The position numbers were made by a program, and so were the translations under genes. DNA of 64,000 bases from Pseudomonadota bacterium (GTDB taxonomy: Bacteria; Desulfobacterota; Desulfobacteria; Desulfobacterales; JBDRRP01): NCBI GenBank assembly GCA_043825735.1, contig JBDRRP010000025.1, positions 1-64,000 on the forward strand. The letters are read 5' to 3'. The notes under the pieces were generated by a model, which saw only the letters and a list, made by a program, of their open reading frames with translations, was not told the DNA's origin and did not search any database. The stretch's first letter is position 1. Every line of letters starts with the position of its first letter. Positions 9,528-19,754 of this stretch are shown piece after piece.

Positions 9528-12326
9528 TCACCCTTCCAGTTGCTGGAGTTGGGCGCTGCACTTGGGACATACGCCCGGGTGTGCCGTGTCTTCTCCGATG
9601 CCGGTGCTGTGGACCCAGCAGCGCTGACACTTTTCCCCGGACGCCGGAGCCACGATAACCGACAATCCATCGGTGACATCACTGGCAAAGGCTTCCACCG
9701 GCGGGGCCCCGGCCATGAGGGTTGCTCCGGACACGATGAACAGCGCGGCCAGTGGTTCACTGATGTCCGCCAGGTCGGCGCGCAAGGCATCGGGCAGGTA
9801 AAGCGTAATGTCGGCGTCCAGGCTGTGACCGATGGATTTGGCTGCCCGGGCCGTTTCAAGGGCTTTGGTGACTTCCGCCCGCACCGCCAGCAGGGATTTC
9901 CATCGGGCCGCCAGGGCTTCGTCTTCAAATGCCTCATCAGGCTCAGGCAGTGCGACCAGGTGAACGCTCTGTGCCTTTCGAGCGCAAGCCGGCAGGTACT
10001 GCCAGATTTCTTCGGCCGTAAATGGCAGAATCGGAGCAATGAGCCGCGTGACAGCATCCAAAATCATGGACATGGCCGTCTGGGCACTCCGGCGCTCCAC
10101 TGCTGCGGCCGGCGCCGTGTAGAGCCGGTCCTTGAGAATGTCCAGATAGAAAGCGGACAAATCCAGCGTGCAGTAGTTGTAAATGGCGTGATAGACCGAG
10201 TGGAACTCGTAGGCGTCGTAGGCCCGCCGGCTGCGACGTACCAGCGTCTGGAGGGTGTGCAGTGCGAAGCGGTCCAGCTCGCGCATGTCCGACACCGGCA
10301 GGGCATCGGTATCCGGATCGAAATCGGCGATGTTGCCGAGGATGAACCGGCTGGTATTTCGAATCCGGCGATAGGCGTCGCTGAGCTGCTTGAGAATGTT
10401 TTCCGAGATCCGGATGTCTTCCCGATAATCCGAGGCTGATACCCATAGACGAAGAATTTCGGCGCCGAACCGGTCGATGACCTGTTTTGGAGCGATGACA
10501 TTTCCGACAGACTTGGACATTTTTTTACCGTCGGCATCCACGACAAAGCCATGGGTCAGCACCGCCTTGTAAGGGGCGGCGTTTCGCAATCCCACCGCTG
10601 TGAGCAACGAGCTGTGAAACCATCCCCGGTGCTGGTCGCTGCCCTCGAGGTAAAGATCAGCCGGCCATTGCAGGTAGGGCCTGGCCGCCAGTACCGCCGC
10701 ATGGCTCACGCCCGAATCGAACCAGACATCCAGGATGTCGGTTTCCTTCTGGAGTCCGGTGCCGCCGCACCCGGGACAGGTGGTGCCTGCGGGCATCAGT
10801 GCAGCGGTGTCGGCTTCAAACCAGATATCGGCACCGTGCTCTTTGAACAGGTTGAAAACATGCTCGAGAATGGCCTCGTCCATGACCACACGGTCGCAAT
10901 CGCCACAGCGGAAAACGGCAATGGGCACGCCCCAGGACCGCTGCCGGGATACGCACCAGTCCGGACGGTTCTCGATCATGCCGTAAATACGCTCACGCCC
11001 CCACTTGGGGATCCACTGGACGCGGTCTATCTCTTCCAGCGCCTTGCGGCGCAGTCCGGTCTTTTCCATGGAAATGAACCACTGGGGCGTCGCTCTGAAG
11101 ATAACGGGCTTTTTGCACCGCCAGCAGTGGGGGTAGCTGTGTTTGAGGGTTGCCGTGGCCAGCAAGGCGCCGTTTTCCTTCAAACGCTCTACGATGGCCG
11201 CATTGGCTTTGAAAACGAACTGGCCTTTGACGAAATCCACCTCATCGGTAAAGGCGCCGCCGTCATCGACCGGCGAATAGGCATCCAGACCGTAGCGCAG
11301 GCCGACTTCATAGTCTTCCCGGCCGTGACCGGGGGCCGTGTGCACGCAGCCGGTGCCGGCTTCCAGCGTTACGTGGTCACCCAGGATGATCAGTGAGTCC
11401 CTGTCAATGAACGGATGCCGGCAGCGCTTTCGCTCAAGATCGGCCGCCGAAAACTCTGCGACAATCCGGTAGTCGGCACGATTGAACACGGGCATGCAGG
11501 TGTTGACGAGATCCTTTGCCAGTATGAGGATCTCGTCGCCGGTATCGACCGCGGCATAGGTGAATTCCGGGTGCAGGGCGATGGCCAGGTTGGCCGGCAG
11601 CGTCCAGGGGGTCGTGGTCCAGATGACCACCGATACCAGTTTTCCCGACGGCAGATCCGCGATTGCGTCCAGGGGTGTTTCCAAAAGAAATTTTACATAG
11701 ATGCTCGGAGAGGCGTCGTCACTGTATTCGATCTCGGCTTCGGCCAGAGCGGTCCGACAGGAGCAACACCAGTGAATAGGCTTTTTGCTTCTAAACAAGG
11801 CGCCGTTGAGGGCGAATTTTCCGCACTCTTTGGCGATAATGGCTTCGTATTCATAGCTCATTGTCAAATAGGGGTCGTCCCACATTCCGGCCACACCGAG
11901 CCGCTTGAACTCTTCACGCTGGATATCGATATACTTTTCGGCGTAACTGCGGCACAGACGGCGGACCTCGGTCAGGCTCATCCCGGCTTTTTGATCACCC
12001 AGTTCCTTGTCCACATTGTGCTCGATGGGCAGACCGTGGCAGTCCCATCCGGGCACGTAGACGGCATCGAAGCCCATCATCTGCCGGGAGCGCACAATAA
12101 TGTCCTTTAATATCTTGTTGAGCGCGGTGCCGAGATGAATATTGCCGTTTGCGTATGGAGGCCCGTCGTGAAGAATAAACCGCTGGCGCCCTGCAGATGC
12201 CGCGCGCACGCTTTCATAAAGACCGGCGGCTTCCCACGCGGCAAGCTGTTCCGGCTCTCGTTTTGCCAGGCTGGCCTTCATGGGAAACTGTGTTTTCGGC
12301 AAATTCAGGGTCTGTTTGTAATCCAT
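9528..12326 (-). CDS. ileS: Isoleucyl-tRNA synthetase (type 1)
   Basis: [13 protein letters not shown] (HIGH-like), WTTTPWT, KMSKS, C-terminal CxxC...CxxC zinc finger; GGAGG RBS. Confidence 0.98.
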   Translation of the reverse strand: MDYKQTLNLPKTQFPMKASLAKREPEQLAAWEAAGLYESVRAASAGRQRFILHDGPPYANGNIHLGTALNKILKDIIVRSRQMMGFDAVYVPGWDCHGLPIEHNVDKELGDQKAGMSLTEVRRLCRSYAEKYIDIQREEFKRLGVAGMWDDPYLTMSYEYEAIIAKECGKFALNGALFRSKKPIHWCCSCRTALAEAEIEYSDDASPSIYVKFLLETPLDAIADLPSGKLVSVVIWTTTPWTLPANLAIALHPEFTYAAVDTGDEILILAKDLVNTCMPVFNRADYRIVAEFSAADLERKRCRHPFIDRDSLIILGDHVTLEAGTGCVHTAPGHGREDYEVGLRYGLDAYSPVDDGGAFTDEVDFVKGQFVFKANAAIVERLKENGALLATATLKHSYPHCWRCKKPVIFRATPQWFISMEKTGLRRKALEEIDRVQWIPKWGRERIYGMIENRPDWCVSRQRSWGVPIAVFRCGDCDRVVMDEAILEHVFNLFKEHGADIWFEADTAALMPAGTTCPGCGGTGLQKETDILDVWFDSGVSHAAVLAARPYLQWPADLYLEGSDQHRGWFHSSLLTAVGLRNAAPYKAVLTHGFVVDADGKKMSKSVGNVIAPKQVIDRFGAEILRLWVSASDYREDIRISENILKQLSDAYRRIRNTSRFILGNIADFDPDTDALPVSDMRELDRFALHTLQTLVRRSRRAYDAYEFHSVYHAIYNYCTLDLSAFYLDILKDRLYTAPAAAVERRSAQTAMSMILDAVTRLIAPILPFTAEEIWQYLPACARKAQSVHLVALPEPDEAFEDEALAARWKSLLAVRAEVTKALETARAAKSIGHSLDADITLYLPDALRADLADISEPLAALFIVSGATLMAGAPPVEAFASDVTDGLSVIVAPASGEKCQRCWVHSTGIGEDTAHPGVCPKCSAQLQQLEG

Positions 12327-12448
12327 ATCGCCTCCAGATTGCAGACGCTCCGCAGTGAGCCGGGAATCTGCGCAGTAAGGAATTTTACTTAGTGTCCACC
12401 CAACCCCGCGGCCGCAAGGCTGACGACAGCGTGGGTGATAAACCGGAA

Positions 12449-12477
12449 AAATTACAGGCAAGCCCGATATCTGTCAA
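12449..12477 (-). promoter_or_regulatory. Putative sigma70 promoter of ileS-lspA
   Basis: TTGACA-17 bp-TAATTT on the minus strand. Confidence 0.55.
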
Positions 12478-12692
12478 GGATTTACGACTCGGCAGCCAGT
12501 TTCCGTTCGATGGTGCCTCTTAACCCATGATGTTTCTGATCACCACGCAGTGCTGACGGTTAAGTCGACTTGATAATTGTGCATAAGCAGGTTGCGAAAA
12601 CCGCATCGGCCCATTACCATACGTCGAGCGGTTCATTGTCCCATCGCCTTCGGTTGCGCAGTCGCTGGCATGCGCGCATCCTGAGAAAAATT

Positions 12693-13352
12693 ATGTTGGA
12701 GCGGTACTACCATATTTTGGGTGTATCTCCTGACGCCGGGCTTCCGGAAGTCAGGTCGGCCTATCGAAAACTGGTTCGGGCGTGGCATCCAGACCGGCAC
12801 GGTCATGACCCCCGCCTGCTGAAGTTGGCCGAAGAAACCCTCAAAGATGTCAATCATGCCTACCGGGAAATCCTGGGGAACTTGGCGTCAATTGAATCCC
12901 GCAACGGTTCACGCCATCACCCGGCCGCCCCGACGCAGTCACCACCTGTGCTTCGGCCTGCTCCGGTCGCCGTTGTGGAACTCATCGTCCGGGAGGGGAA
13001 ACGGCTGCTGGACCGGATTCTGGCCTCGGTACATGAGGTCCTCGATCGCCAGGAAACGCCCAAAGGCGCAGGGCATAAAGCAGCAGCGCCGCCAGCTTCT
13101 CAGCGTTCAGACCCGTCATCCGCCAAACGCCGTTTCGCTGCCACCTTCGAGAAGGTACTGAACGAAGCGGCCGACAGGCACGGTCTTAGGCTTACGCGCG
13201 GGGACCGGTCCACGGAAAATATGAAACGCCGCAATCGTGCCCGCCACTTCAACACCCCGGAAACTGGCACCCACCATCGCTGCGGCGATACCGGTCCCAT
13301 AGAACCGGTGGACCGGGTCGGGCCCATTGCCCCGGTTCACCGCAAGCGGTAA
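12693..13352 (+). CDS. J-domain (DnaJ-like) protein with unrecognised C-terminus
   Basis: YYHILGV...AYRKLVRAWHPDR...VNHAYREI. Confidence 0.85.
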   Translation: MLERYYHILGVSPDAGLPEVRSAYRKLVRAWHPDRHGHDPRLLKLAEETLKDVNHAYREILGNLASIESRNGSRHHPAAPTQSPPVLRPAPVAVVELIVREGKRLLDRILASVHEVLDRQETPKGAGHKAAAPPASQRSDPSSAKRRFAATFEKVLNEAADRHGLRLTRGDRSTENMKRRNRARHFNTPETGTHHRCGDTGPIEPVDRVGPIAPVHRKR

Positions 13353-13390
13353 TTGGGCGCTGCCGTCCAACAGGAGGGCAACATCCTTAC

Positions 13391-13419
13391 TTGACAGCCA
13401 GAGCAGACTTCATTAAAAT
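13391..13419 (+). promoter_or_regulatory. Putative sigma70 promoter of the PP2C phosphatase gene
   Basis: TTGACA-17 bp-TAAAAT. Confidence 0.65.
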
Positions 13420-13520
13420 CATTGAAAAATCTTATGGTTGCATCGCAGTCTGGACAAATTTGATACCGATTGCGGCAACAGATCCCGGCAAAAACTCCCA
13501 GCGTCGACGAAAAGCCACTT

Positions 13521-14630
13521 ATGACGTCCTCTCCCTTGGTTGTCACGTCCACCGGCATCACCGATGTCGGTCAGAAGCGAGACCACAACGAGGATTCCTT
13601 TTTCTCCAACGACACACTGCACCTTTACGTGGTTTCCGACGGCATGGGAGGGCACAAGGCCGGTGAAGTGGCCAGTCGTATCGTGGTGGAAACCATTCAG
13701 GACCGCATGCAGCAGTCGTCCGATACCGTGGAGGGAGCCCATCTGATTGAAACGGAAAAACCCCTCTCTGCTGAGACCACCCGACTGCTGGCCGCCATTC
13801 ATCTGGCCAACCAGGCCGTGTATCATATCGGCAGCAGCAAAGAGGATTACAAAGGCATGGGTGCCACGGTTTCCGCGGTGCTTCTGGCCGATACCCGCAT
13901 TATTGTCGCCAACGTTGGAGACAGCCCCGTTTACCTCATCCGCAACGCCGACATCGAACTGCTATCGGAACTGCACACATACATGGCCGAACATGCAGCG
14001 CTGGCACCCCCAGGGGCTAAACCGCTCAGCGAAAAATACCGCCACATGATCACCCGGGCCATGGGTGTCAAGCCGTCAGTCGTCCCATCATTTTGTGAAA
14101 TCCAGGGACTCCAGGACGATATCATCATCCTCTGCTCTGACGGACTGAGCGACAAACTCAGTCCTAAGGAGATCCTGGCCGTAGTGAATAAATACGGGGT
14201 AGACAAGGCGTGCAAGGCGCTGGTCATGATTGCCAATAAGCGCGGCGGCGATGACAACATCACGGTCATTGTTTTGCACATCACACAGCACCCCAATTCT
14301 ATCCCGGAGCGTTCATCGGCCGCTTCCGGTGCCCCACCGACCGGTGCGCCTTCGGCAGAACCATCTGAGGGCGGCGGAATCCCGGTGGATATAGACACCG
14401 ATGACGCCTCCCGCAGCGCCACACTGTTCTCACTGAGCAGTGACGGCGGGTTTATCCCCACCACGGAGGCCTATTCCGTCGGAGAAGCAATAACAATCAC
14501 GTTTACCGACAGCGCTGCCGATACCCTGATCATCGATGCCACAGTTACCGACCGGGATCCGAAGGGCATCCGTGTGCGCTTCTTGGACATCCCGGCCGAT
14601 CGTTTGCAGCGCCTGAAGGCGCTCATGTGA
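13521..14630 (+). CDS. PP2C-family Ser/Thr phosphatase with C-terminal PilZ-like domain
   Basis: RDHNED, VSDGMGG, ANVGDS, ILCSDGL, GGDDNIT; C-terminal beta-rich region with PilZ-like pattern (SLSSDGGFI...VGEAITITF...GIRVRF). Confidence 0.88.
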   Translation: MTSSPLVVTSTGITDVGQKRDHNEDSFFSNDTLHLYVVSDGMGGHKAGEVASRIVVETIQDRMQQSSDTVEGAHLIETEKPLSAETTRLLAAIHLANQAVYHIGSSKEDYKGMGATVSAVLLADTRIIVANVGDSPVYLIRNADIELLSELHTYMAEHAALAPPGAKPLSEKYRHMITRAMGVKPSVVPSFCEIQGLQDDIIILCSDGLSDKLSPKEILAVVNKYGVDKACKALVMIANKRGGDDNITVIVLHITQHPNSIPERSSAASGAPPTGAPSAEPSEGGGIPVDIDTDDASRSATLFSLSSDGGFIPTTEAYSVGEAITITFTDSAADTLIIDATVTDRDPKGIRVRFLDIPADRLQRLKALM

Positions 14631-14773
14631 CCCATCGGCAGGCGATTTTTGATTGACTTGCCGGTCAATTATGAAATGATGCCCCGAAAAGATCGTCGTT
14701 TCTCCTGCGGAAGATGGAGGAACTTCGAACTGGGCAGACCATCGCAATGCTCACGTTGACAAGGAGGCGCCAC

Positions 14774-15046
14774 ATGGAGTTTTTGTTCAACACCGAAAAC
14801 AACATCACCGTGTTCGAAGTCGGTCTGCTGTTGCTCCTGAACGCCACGGCCAGTTTTTTCGGAAAGACTAAAATAGCCATGCTGGTCAATTTGTTTTTTA
14901 CCCTGTACTGGGGATTTTTTCTAAACTACGACATGCTTTTCGGTAACAACACCGCCTCGGAGTACTCATCTGTTTTCTTTGTCTTTGCCATCATCATCAT
15001 CATTTTCACCGTCATCGGACTCACCCGTGACGACTCCTGCGACTGA
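14774..15046 (+). CDS. Small membrane protein (about 3 hydrophobic segments)
   Basis: AAGGAGG RBS; hydrophobic 90-aa ORF. Confidence 0.7.
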   Translation: MEFLFNTENNITVFEVGLLLLLNATASFFGKTKIAMLVNLFFTLYWGFFLNYDMLFGNNTASEYSSVFFVFAIIIIIFTVIGLTRDDSCD

Positions 15047-15074
15047 CCGATACACCGATGTGAAAAAACCATAT

Positions 15075-15345
15075 CTCTCGCAGAGACCGCCGAGAACAGC
15101 GTTTGTGCAAGATTCCGTTGCACCGGCGGCGCGTTTGAAAAGTAGTGAAAAGTGAATCGTAAAAAGCTAAATAAAAATGCAAAACCATGCCGTATTATTT
15201 CCTTTCACTTTTCACTTTTATCTTTTCGCTTTTCCTCTGCGCTCTCCGCGAGCTCGCGAGAAACCTGCCGTTGCCCTTCCGACCTTGCAGTTGCTTTTTC
15301 TGTCCTCTGCCATCTGCCATCTGACCTCCGGCGGTTTCCGGCCGC
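15075..15345. repeat. Composite intergenic repeat (nested palindromes and heptamer repeats)
   Basis: CTCGCAGAG...CTCGCGAG outer arms, GAAAAGT/ACTTTTC inner arms, TCTGCCA repeats; modules shared with 57476-57695. Confidence 0.6.
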
Positions 15346-15361
15346 AGACCGATGCCGCTGC

Positions 15362-16273
15362 TCACACCGCGGCGGCCAGCGCATCCGAGACCAAGGTGAC
15401 CAGCCCCCAAATGGCATCTGACTTGAGGTGCCGGTCGATACTGCGGTCAAAAAGCACCGACATGGCGGCCGGAAACTCATCGTCGGCCGCCCACAGGAGA
15501 AAGTACAGCGGCACCTTTGGAAGGGCCATAAACCGAATGGCGGCGTCTGCCCCGCGGTTTACAGGCTCTCCGCCCAGATATTCGCCGGCGGCGAGAAAGG
15601 CGCCGGGATCACGACCGTAATGCCTCAGCAGGTGATCGATGCGCAACGCGTGGGGCCCCTGGAAAAAATGGGCACAGGTGAGATCATTGACGCCCACCAT
15701 CTCTCCGGTGAGCCCGTCGGCACTGACAGTCAGCAGATAGGCCAGAAGTACCAGCGCCAACAGGGGGTCCGGCGTCTCCTCCCAGCCGTTTTCTGTGCGG
15801 CGCTGGATACACCGGTGTGCCGCGTCCACCCGGATGTCCTTGTTGAGGAAGGCGACGATCAGGCCATTGGGGGGCTCGTAGACGGCCCCGGCCGCGGCAG
15901 CCACCGCGGCCAGCGGTTTTTCTGCCAGATCCGCCCAATATTCAGGCGGCACCGTCACGGCGGCGTCCGGGGACATCCGCACGATGGGTTTTTCCACCCG
16001 CCGTCGCCGCTGCATTTGGAGATACCCGCTGCTGAAGGGATACGGACCGCTGGAGAAATTCTCGCAGGGAAAGGTCTCGCAGTCCCTGAGGCAGTAATCC
16101 ACGCCGCTCAACCGCGCGCAAGCCAAAATGGGACACGGCGCCCCCAGCAGGCGTTCCTGGACGGCCAGTTTGCACTGTGCTTCAGCGCTGGTGCCGGCGC
16201 CGCAGGTCGAACACACCCCCTGCCGGTTCAGCCGGCAGACATCACAGTCGATACCGCAGGCGCCAGTGGACAT
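15362..16273 (-). CDS. Cys-rich N-terminal domain fused to a DUF3786-like domain
   Basis: CGIDCDVC...CSTC...CPILAC...YCLRDCETFPC; LLWAADDEFPA...LFD C-terminal motif. Confidence 0.7.
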   Translation of the reverse strand: MSTGACGIDCDVCRLNRQGVCSTCGAGTSAEAQCKLAVQERLLGAPCPILACARLSGVDYCLRDCETFPCENFSSGPYPFSSGYLQMQRRRRVEKPIVRMSPDAAVTVPPEYWADLAEKPLAAVAAAAGAVYEPPNGLIVAFLNKDIRVDAAHRCIQRRTENGWEETPDPLLALVLLAYLLTVSADGLTGEMVGVNDLTCAHFFQGPHALRIDHLLRHYGRDPGAFLAAGEYLGGEPVNRGADAAIRFMALPKVPLYFLLWAADDEFPAAMSVLFDRSIDRHLKSDAIWGLVTLVSDALAAAV

Positions 16274-16314
16274 GGGCCGTCTCCTTTCGGTTCTTTAATT
16301 TGGACCATTAATTT

Positions 16315-17748
16315 TTATCTATTAATCCGGGTCAGCCGCACCACCGATTCGATGTGGAAGGTGTGGGGGAACAGGTCCACCGGCTGCACGCTGTCGATGC
16401 GATAGTTCTCGGCCATGAGTGCCAGATCCCGGGCCAGGGTGGACGGGTTGCAAGAAACGTAGACCATGTTCGGGGGCCCCATTTCCAGAATGGCCGTCAC
16501 CACGTCCTTGTGCATCCCAACGCGGGGGGGATCGATGATCACCACCTGAGGGGTCGTCGTCAGAGAAGGCAGCACCTGCCGGATATCGCCTTCAATAAAG
16601 GAGCAGTTGTCGATTCCGTTCAACCGGCAGTTCTGACGGGCGTCTTCCACGGCCGAAGGGATGACTTCGATCCCGGTAACCCGTGCGGCCGCATCGGAAA
16701 GGGTGATGGCGATGGTGCCGGTGCCGCAGTACAGATCGAGAAGGTCCTCAGTGCCCGTGAGTCCGGCGCAGCCCCGAACGGTCTCGTAGAGTTTTCCGGC
16801 GCCCACGGTATTGGTCTGAAAAAAACTGTTGGCCGACACCCGGAAAGCAAACGGGCCGATCCGCTCGATCAGGCAGGGCGTGCCGGCCAGCGGGATTTCC
16901 ACATCGCCCACGGCGACAGCGGATTTGCGGTCGGTGACATTGTTGACGACCCCGGTAACGATATTGGGAAACCGGTCCATGATCTTTTCAGCCAGCGGTT
17001 TCAGCACGTCCGGATCTGTCTCGGAGGTGATCAGATTGACCAGCCAGGCGTCGTCGGCAACCGAATGGCGCAGCATGGCAAAGCGCCAGAACCCGGAATG
17101 ATCCCGCTGACCGTAAGCTTCTTTTCCGGAGGATTTCATTTCCTCCCGGACCATCGACAGAATCTGGTTACCCGTGTCCGGTTGCAGCAGACAGGCATCG
17201 ATATCGATCACTTTATCGAACGTACCGGGAACATGAAGCCCCAGGGCAAAAGCCTTGGGGATGTCGTCTCTACCCAATTCATGGGGCAGCAGCCACCGCC
17301 AGCGGGCGCAGGAGAACTCCATTTTGTTCCGATAGCCGAAAATGTTCTCAGAGGCGATGGTGGGGTATACGGGAACATCTCGAATGCCGCCGATATGGGC
17401 CAGTGCTTCCACAACGTGCCGGCGTTTGAATTCCAGTTGCTGGGCGTAGTCGACGAACTGCCATTTGCATCCCCCGCAGAACCCGCTATACGGACAGGGC
17501 GCGGTTATCCGAAACGGTGACGGCGAGAGAATTTCCAAGGCCCGGGCCTCGGCATAGGTTTTCTTTCGCCGCACCACCCGCACGCGGGCCCTGTCTCCGG
17601 TCACGGCCTGGTCAATGAACACAGCCATGCCGTCTACTTTGGCGATGCCGCGTCCGCCAAAGGCCACATCCGTGACCTCCAGTTCGAGCTCCTGTCCTTT
17701 TTTCAACACCACTTTTTTCACCCCAACCATTGATATTAACTGCGGCAC
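16315..17748 (-). CDS. rlmD: 23S rRNA (uracil-5)-methyltransferase, TRAM domain plus Fe-S
   Basis: TRAM N-terminus, CPYSGFCGGC, SFFQTN, LDLYCGTG, DPPR, YVSCNP, DLFPHT; exact start uncertain. Confidence 0.93.
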   Translation of the reverse strand: MPQLISMVGVKKVVLKKGQELELEVTDVAFGGRGIAKVDGMAVFIDQAVTGDRARVRVVRRKKTYAEARALEILSPSPFRITAPCPYSGFCGGCKWQFVDYAQQLEFKRRHVVEALAHIGGIRDVPVYPTIASENIFGYRNKMEFSCARWRWLLPHELGRDDIPKAFALGLHVPGTFDKVIDIDACLLQPDTGNQILSMVREEMKSSGKEAYGQRDHSGFWRFAMLRHSVADDAWLVNLITSETDPDVLKPLAEKIMDRFPNIVTGVVNNVTDRKSAVAVGDVEIPLAGTPCLIERIGPFAFRVSANSFFQTNTVGAGKLYETVRGCAGLTGTEDLLDLYCGTGTIAITLSDAAARVTGIEVIPSAVEDARQNCRLNGIDNCSFIEGDIRQVLPSLTTTPQVVIIDPPRVGMHKDVVTAILEMGPPNMVYVSCNPSTLARDLALMAENYRIDSVQPVDLFPHTFHIESVVRLTRINR

Positions 17749-17811
17749 CGTGTTTCATCTAAACGGTGCCAGCCGCTTATACCGGCACTTGCCCGGCGCT
17801 TCAAGGACCTC

Positions 17812-18501
17812 ATGGACCGAACCATCACATTTATCTCCCAGGACCGCAAGCTGGCAGGCACACTCCATCTGCCCGCCGGCAGGCGTCCGCCCGTGGTCAT
17901 TGGCTCACACGGACTTCTGGGCACCCGGGCATCCGCCAAACAGGTGGCTCTGGCCGAGGCCTGCAGCGCTGCCGGGATGGCCTTTTTACGCTTCGACCAC
18001 CGCGGGTGCGGAGAAAGCGATCCCGCCGGCACGGACAGCGATCTTCTGGCCGGTCGGGTAACGGATCTTCTGGCCGCCGTATCCTGGGTCACCCAGCAAC
18101 CCGACCTGGGTGAGCGGATCGGTCTTTTCGGCAGCAGCCTGGGCGGCGCCGTCTGCCTGGCGGCTTTCCCGGCCTGCCGACCTGCGGCCCTGGTCACCTG
18201 GGCCGCTCCGGTAGCCAGCAGCGGTGTCAACCTCAATCGTCCGGAAGCCTCGCTGCCGCCGGGCCTGCACTATCGCAGCTTCAATCTCAGCGGGCAGTTG
18301 TCTGCCATCAGTCACATCTGTGTCTGCCACGGGGACCGGGATCAAGTCGTTCCGGTCGAAAATGCCCATGTCATCGCCGCGGGAGTCGGCGCCCCCCGAA
18401 ACTTGATAATTTTCCGAGGCGCTGGCCACCGGATGTCAGCGCCGGCACATCACCAACGATTTGTCGCTGAAGCCGTCCGGTGGTTTTCCCGGTATCTGTA
18501 A
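17812..18501 (+). CDS. Alpha/beta hydrolase
   Basis: HG oxyanion motif, FDHRGCGES, GSSLG nucleophile elbow, HGDRD, GAGH. Confidence 0.9.
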   Translation: MDRTITFISQDRKLAGTLHLPAGRRPPVVIGSHGLLGTRASAKQVALAEACSAAGMAFLRFDHRGCGESDPAGTDSDLLAGRVTDLLAAVSWVTQQPDLGERIGLFGSSLGGAVCLAAFPACRPAALVTWAAPVASSGVNLNRPEASLPPGLHYRSFNLSGQLSAISHICVCHGDRDQVVPVENAHVIAAGVGAPRNLIIFRGAGHRMSAPAHHQRFVAEAVRWFSRYL

Positions 18502-18638
18502 ACAAAGATCGCCATTTAAAAAGTACCTGGTTATTATGCACTATCCTCCCGTGAATGGGCGGGCGCTATTTGGACAACCGAAATTCATCGCTGCACCGCA
18601 AGTGCCCATCGCAGCATGGCATATCGGCACGAATCCAT

Positions 18639-18666
18639 TTGCAAAACAAAATTATCCGGTTATATT
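18639..18666 (+). promoter_or_regulatory. Possible promoter of the SPFH/AAA-protease operon
   Basis: TTGCAA-16 bp-TATATT about 150 bp upstream of ATG 18813. Confidence 0.35.
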
Positions 18667-18812
18667 TGAACGCGGATATCGATATTGCGAAAGCCTGCAA
18701 TGTTCAACCGGCCAGCCTGATCGAGAGATTCCGGTTTCCGATTTCACTTGAGCACCCGACACCGCACACCCCCGGATGCGGGTGTCATGACCGCCATTAA
18801 AAAGGAGAGTTC

Positions 18813-19754
18813 ATGGCTGACAAACCGACCGCGCCATTGCTTCGCAGAGCCTTTGTGAAAACGGTTCTGCGGCGAACCTTCGCCTTCGTCACCCTGATCG
18901 GCTTGGTCTATGGTGTTATTGCCGGGGTGTACGCGACAAAAACGATCTTCAAAGTGAAAAAAAACTACGCCGTGGTGCTCGAGAAATTCGGCGGCAAGCG
19001 TGAAGCCGTCACCCGCGTGGGATGGCATGCACGGCTTCCCTACTTCACCAAGATCGAGCAGGAAGTCACCCTCATGAACCAACTGATGCTTCTGGGCGGC
19101 CAGCAGGAACCCATGCGCATCATTTCAAAGGAAAATGTGGCTCTGTGGACATCGGCCGCCATGACCTACCGTATCGACAACCTCGACGTGTGGGCCATCG
19201 AAAACAAAGACCCCATGGAACTTTTACAGGGTGACTTTGACGGCATCGTCAAGGACAACCTCCAGGCCCAGCCGGTCAATGAACTCATCAGTGATCGGGA
19301 AATGATCAAGGAAGACATCTTCAAGGCGCTCAAGGCGCGGCCCATCAATGAGGGCGGCCCCACTCTTGAAAAAAAATACGGCATTGAGGTGGTCAGTTTC
19401 GTATTGAAGGAGACGCGCTTTGGCGACAAGCTCGTGGAAGCCACTGAAGAAAAAAAGCGCCGGGAACTGATCGCAGAGGCCGAAAACTACGCCGCCGATC
19501 AGGAGGCAAGCCGCATCCGTAAACTCTACGCCGCCTATATGGAAAGCATCCAGGATCTGCAAAAACGCATCGGCCGGCCGGACGGCAGCACCGACACGGC
19601 CCTGCTCCAGTTCCTGACCCAGCAGAAATGGGCCTCCGCTTATGAAAAGAACCAGTCCGGCCAGAACACGGTGATCATCCAGGGCGGCGGTGACCCCCCG
19701 GCCTTGACCCTGCCGGCCCCTACCGGCGGAAAGGCCGCTTCAGGAGGCAACTGA
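18813..19754 (+). CDS. SPFH (band 7) domain membrane protein
   Basis: One N-terminal TM segment, VVLEKFG...GWHARLPY, ISKENV...YRI, YGIEVVSF, Ala/Glu-rich coiled coil; AAGGAG RBS. Confidence 0.88.
   Translation: MADKPTAPLLRRAFVKTVLRRTFAFVTLIGLVYGVIAGVYATKTIFKVKKNYAVVLEKFGGKREAVTRVGWHARLPYFTKIEQEVTLMNQLMLLGGQQEPMRIISKENVALWTSAAMTYRIDNLDVWAIENKDPMELLQGDFDGIVKDNLQAQPVNELISDREMIKEDIFKALKARPINEGGPTLEKKYGIEVVSFVLKETRFGDKLVEATEEKKRRELIAEAENYAADQEASRIRKLYAAYMESIQDLQKRIGRPDGSTDTALLQFLTQQKWASAYEKNQSGQNTVIIQGGGDPPALTLPAPTGGKAASGGN

Noticed and set aside
12330..12450. T-box riboswitch upstream of ileS
   Set aside because: The leader is short and I found no T-box consensus or terminator.
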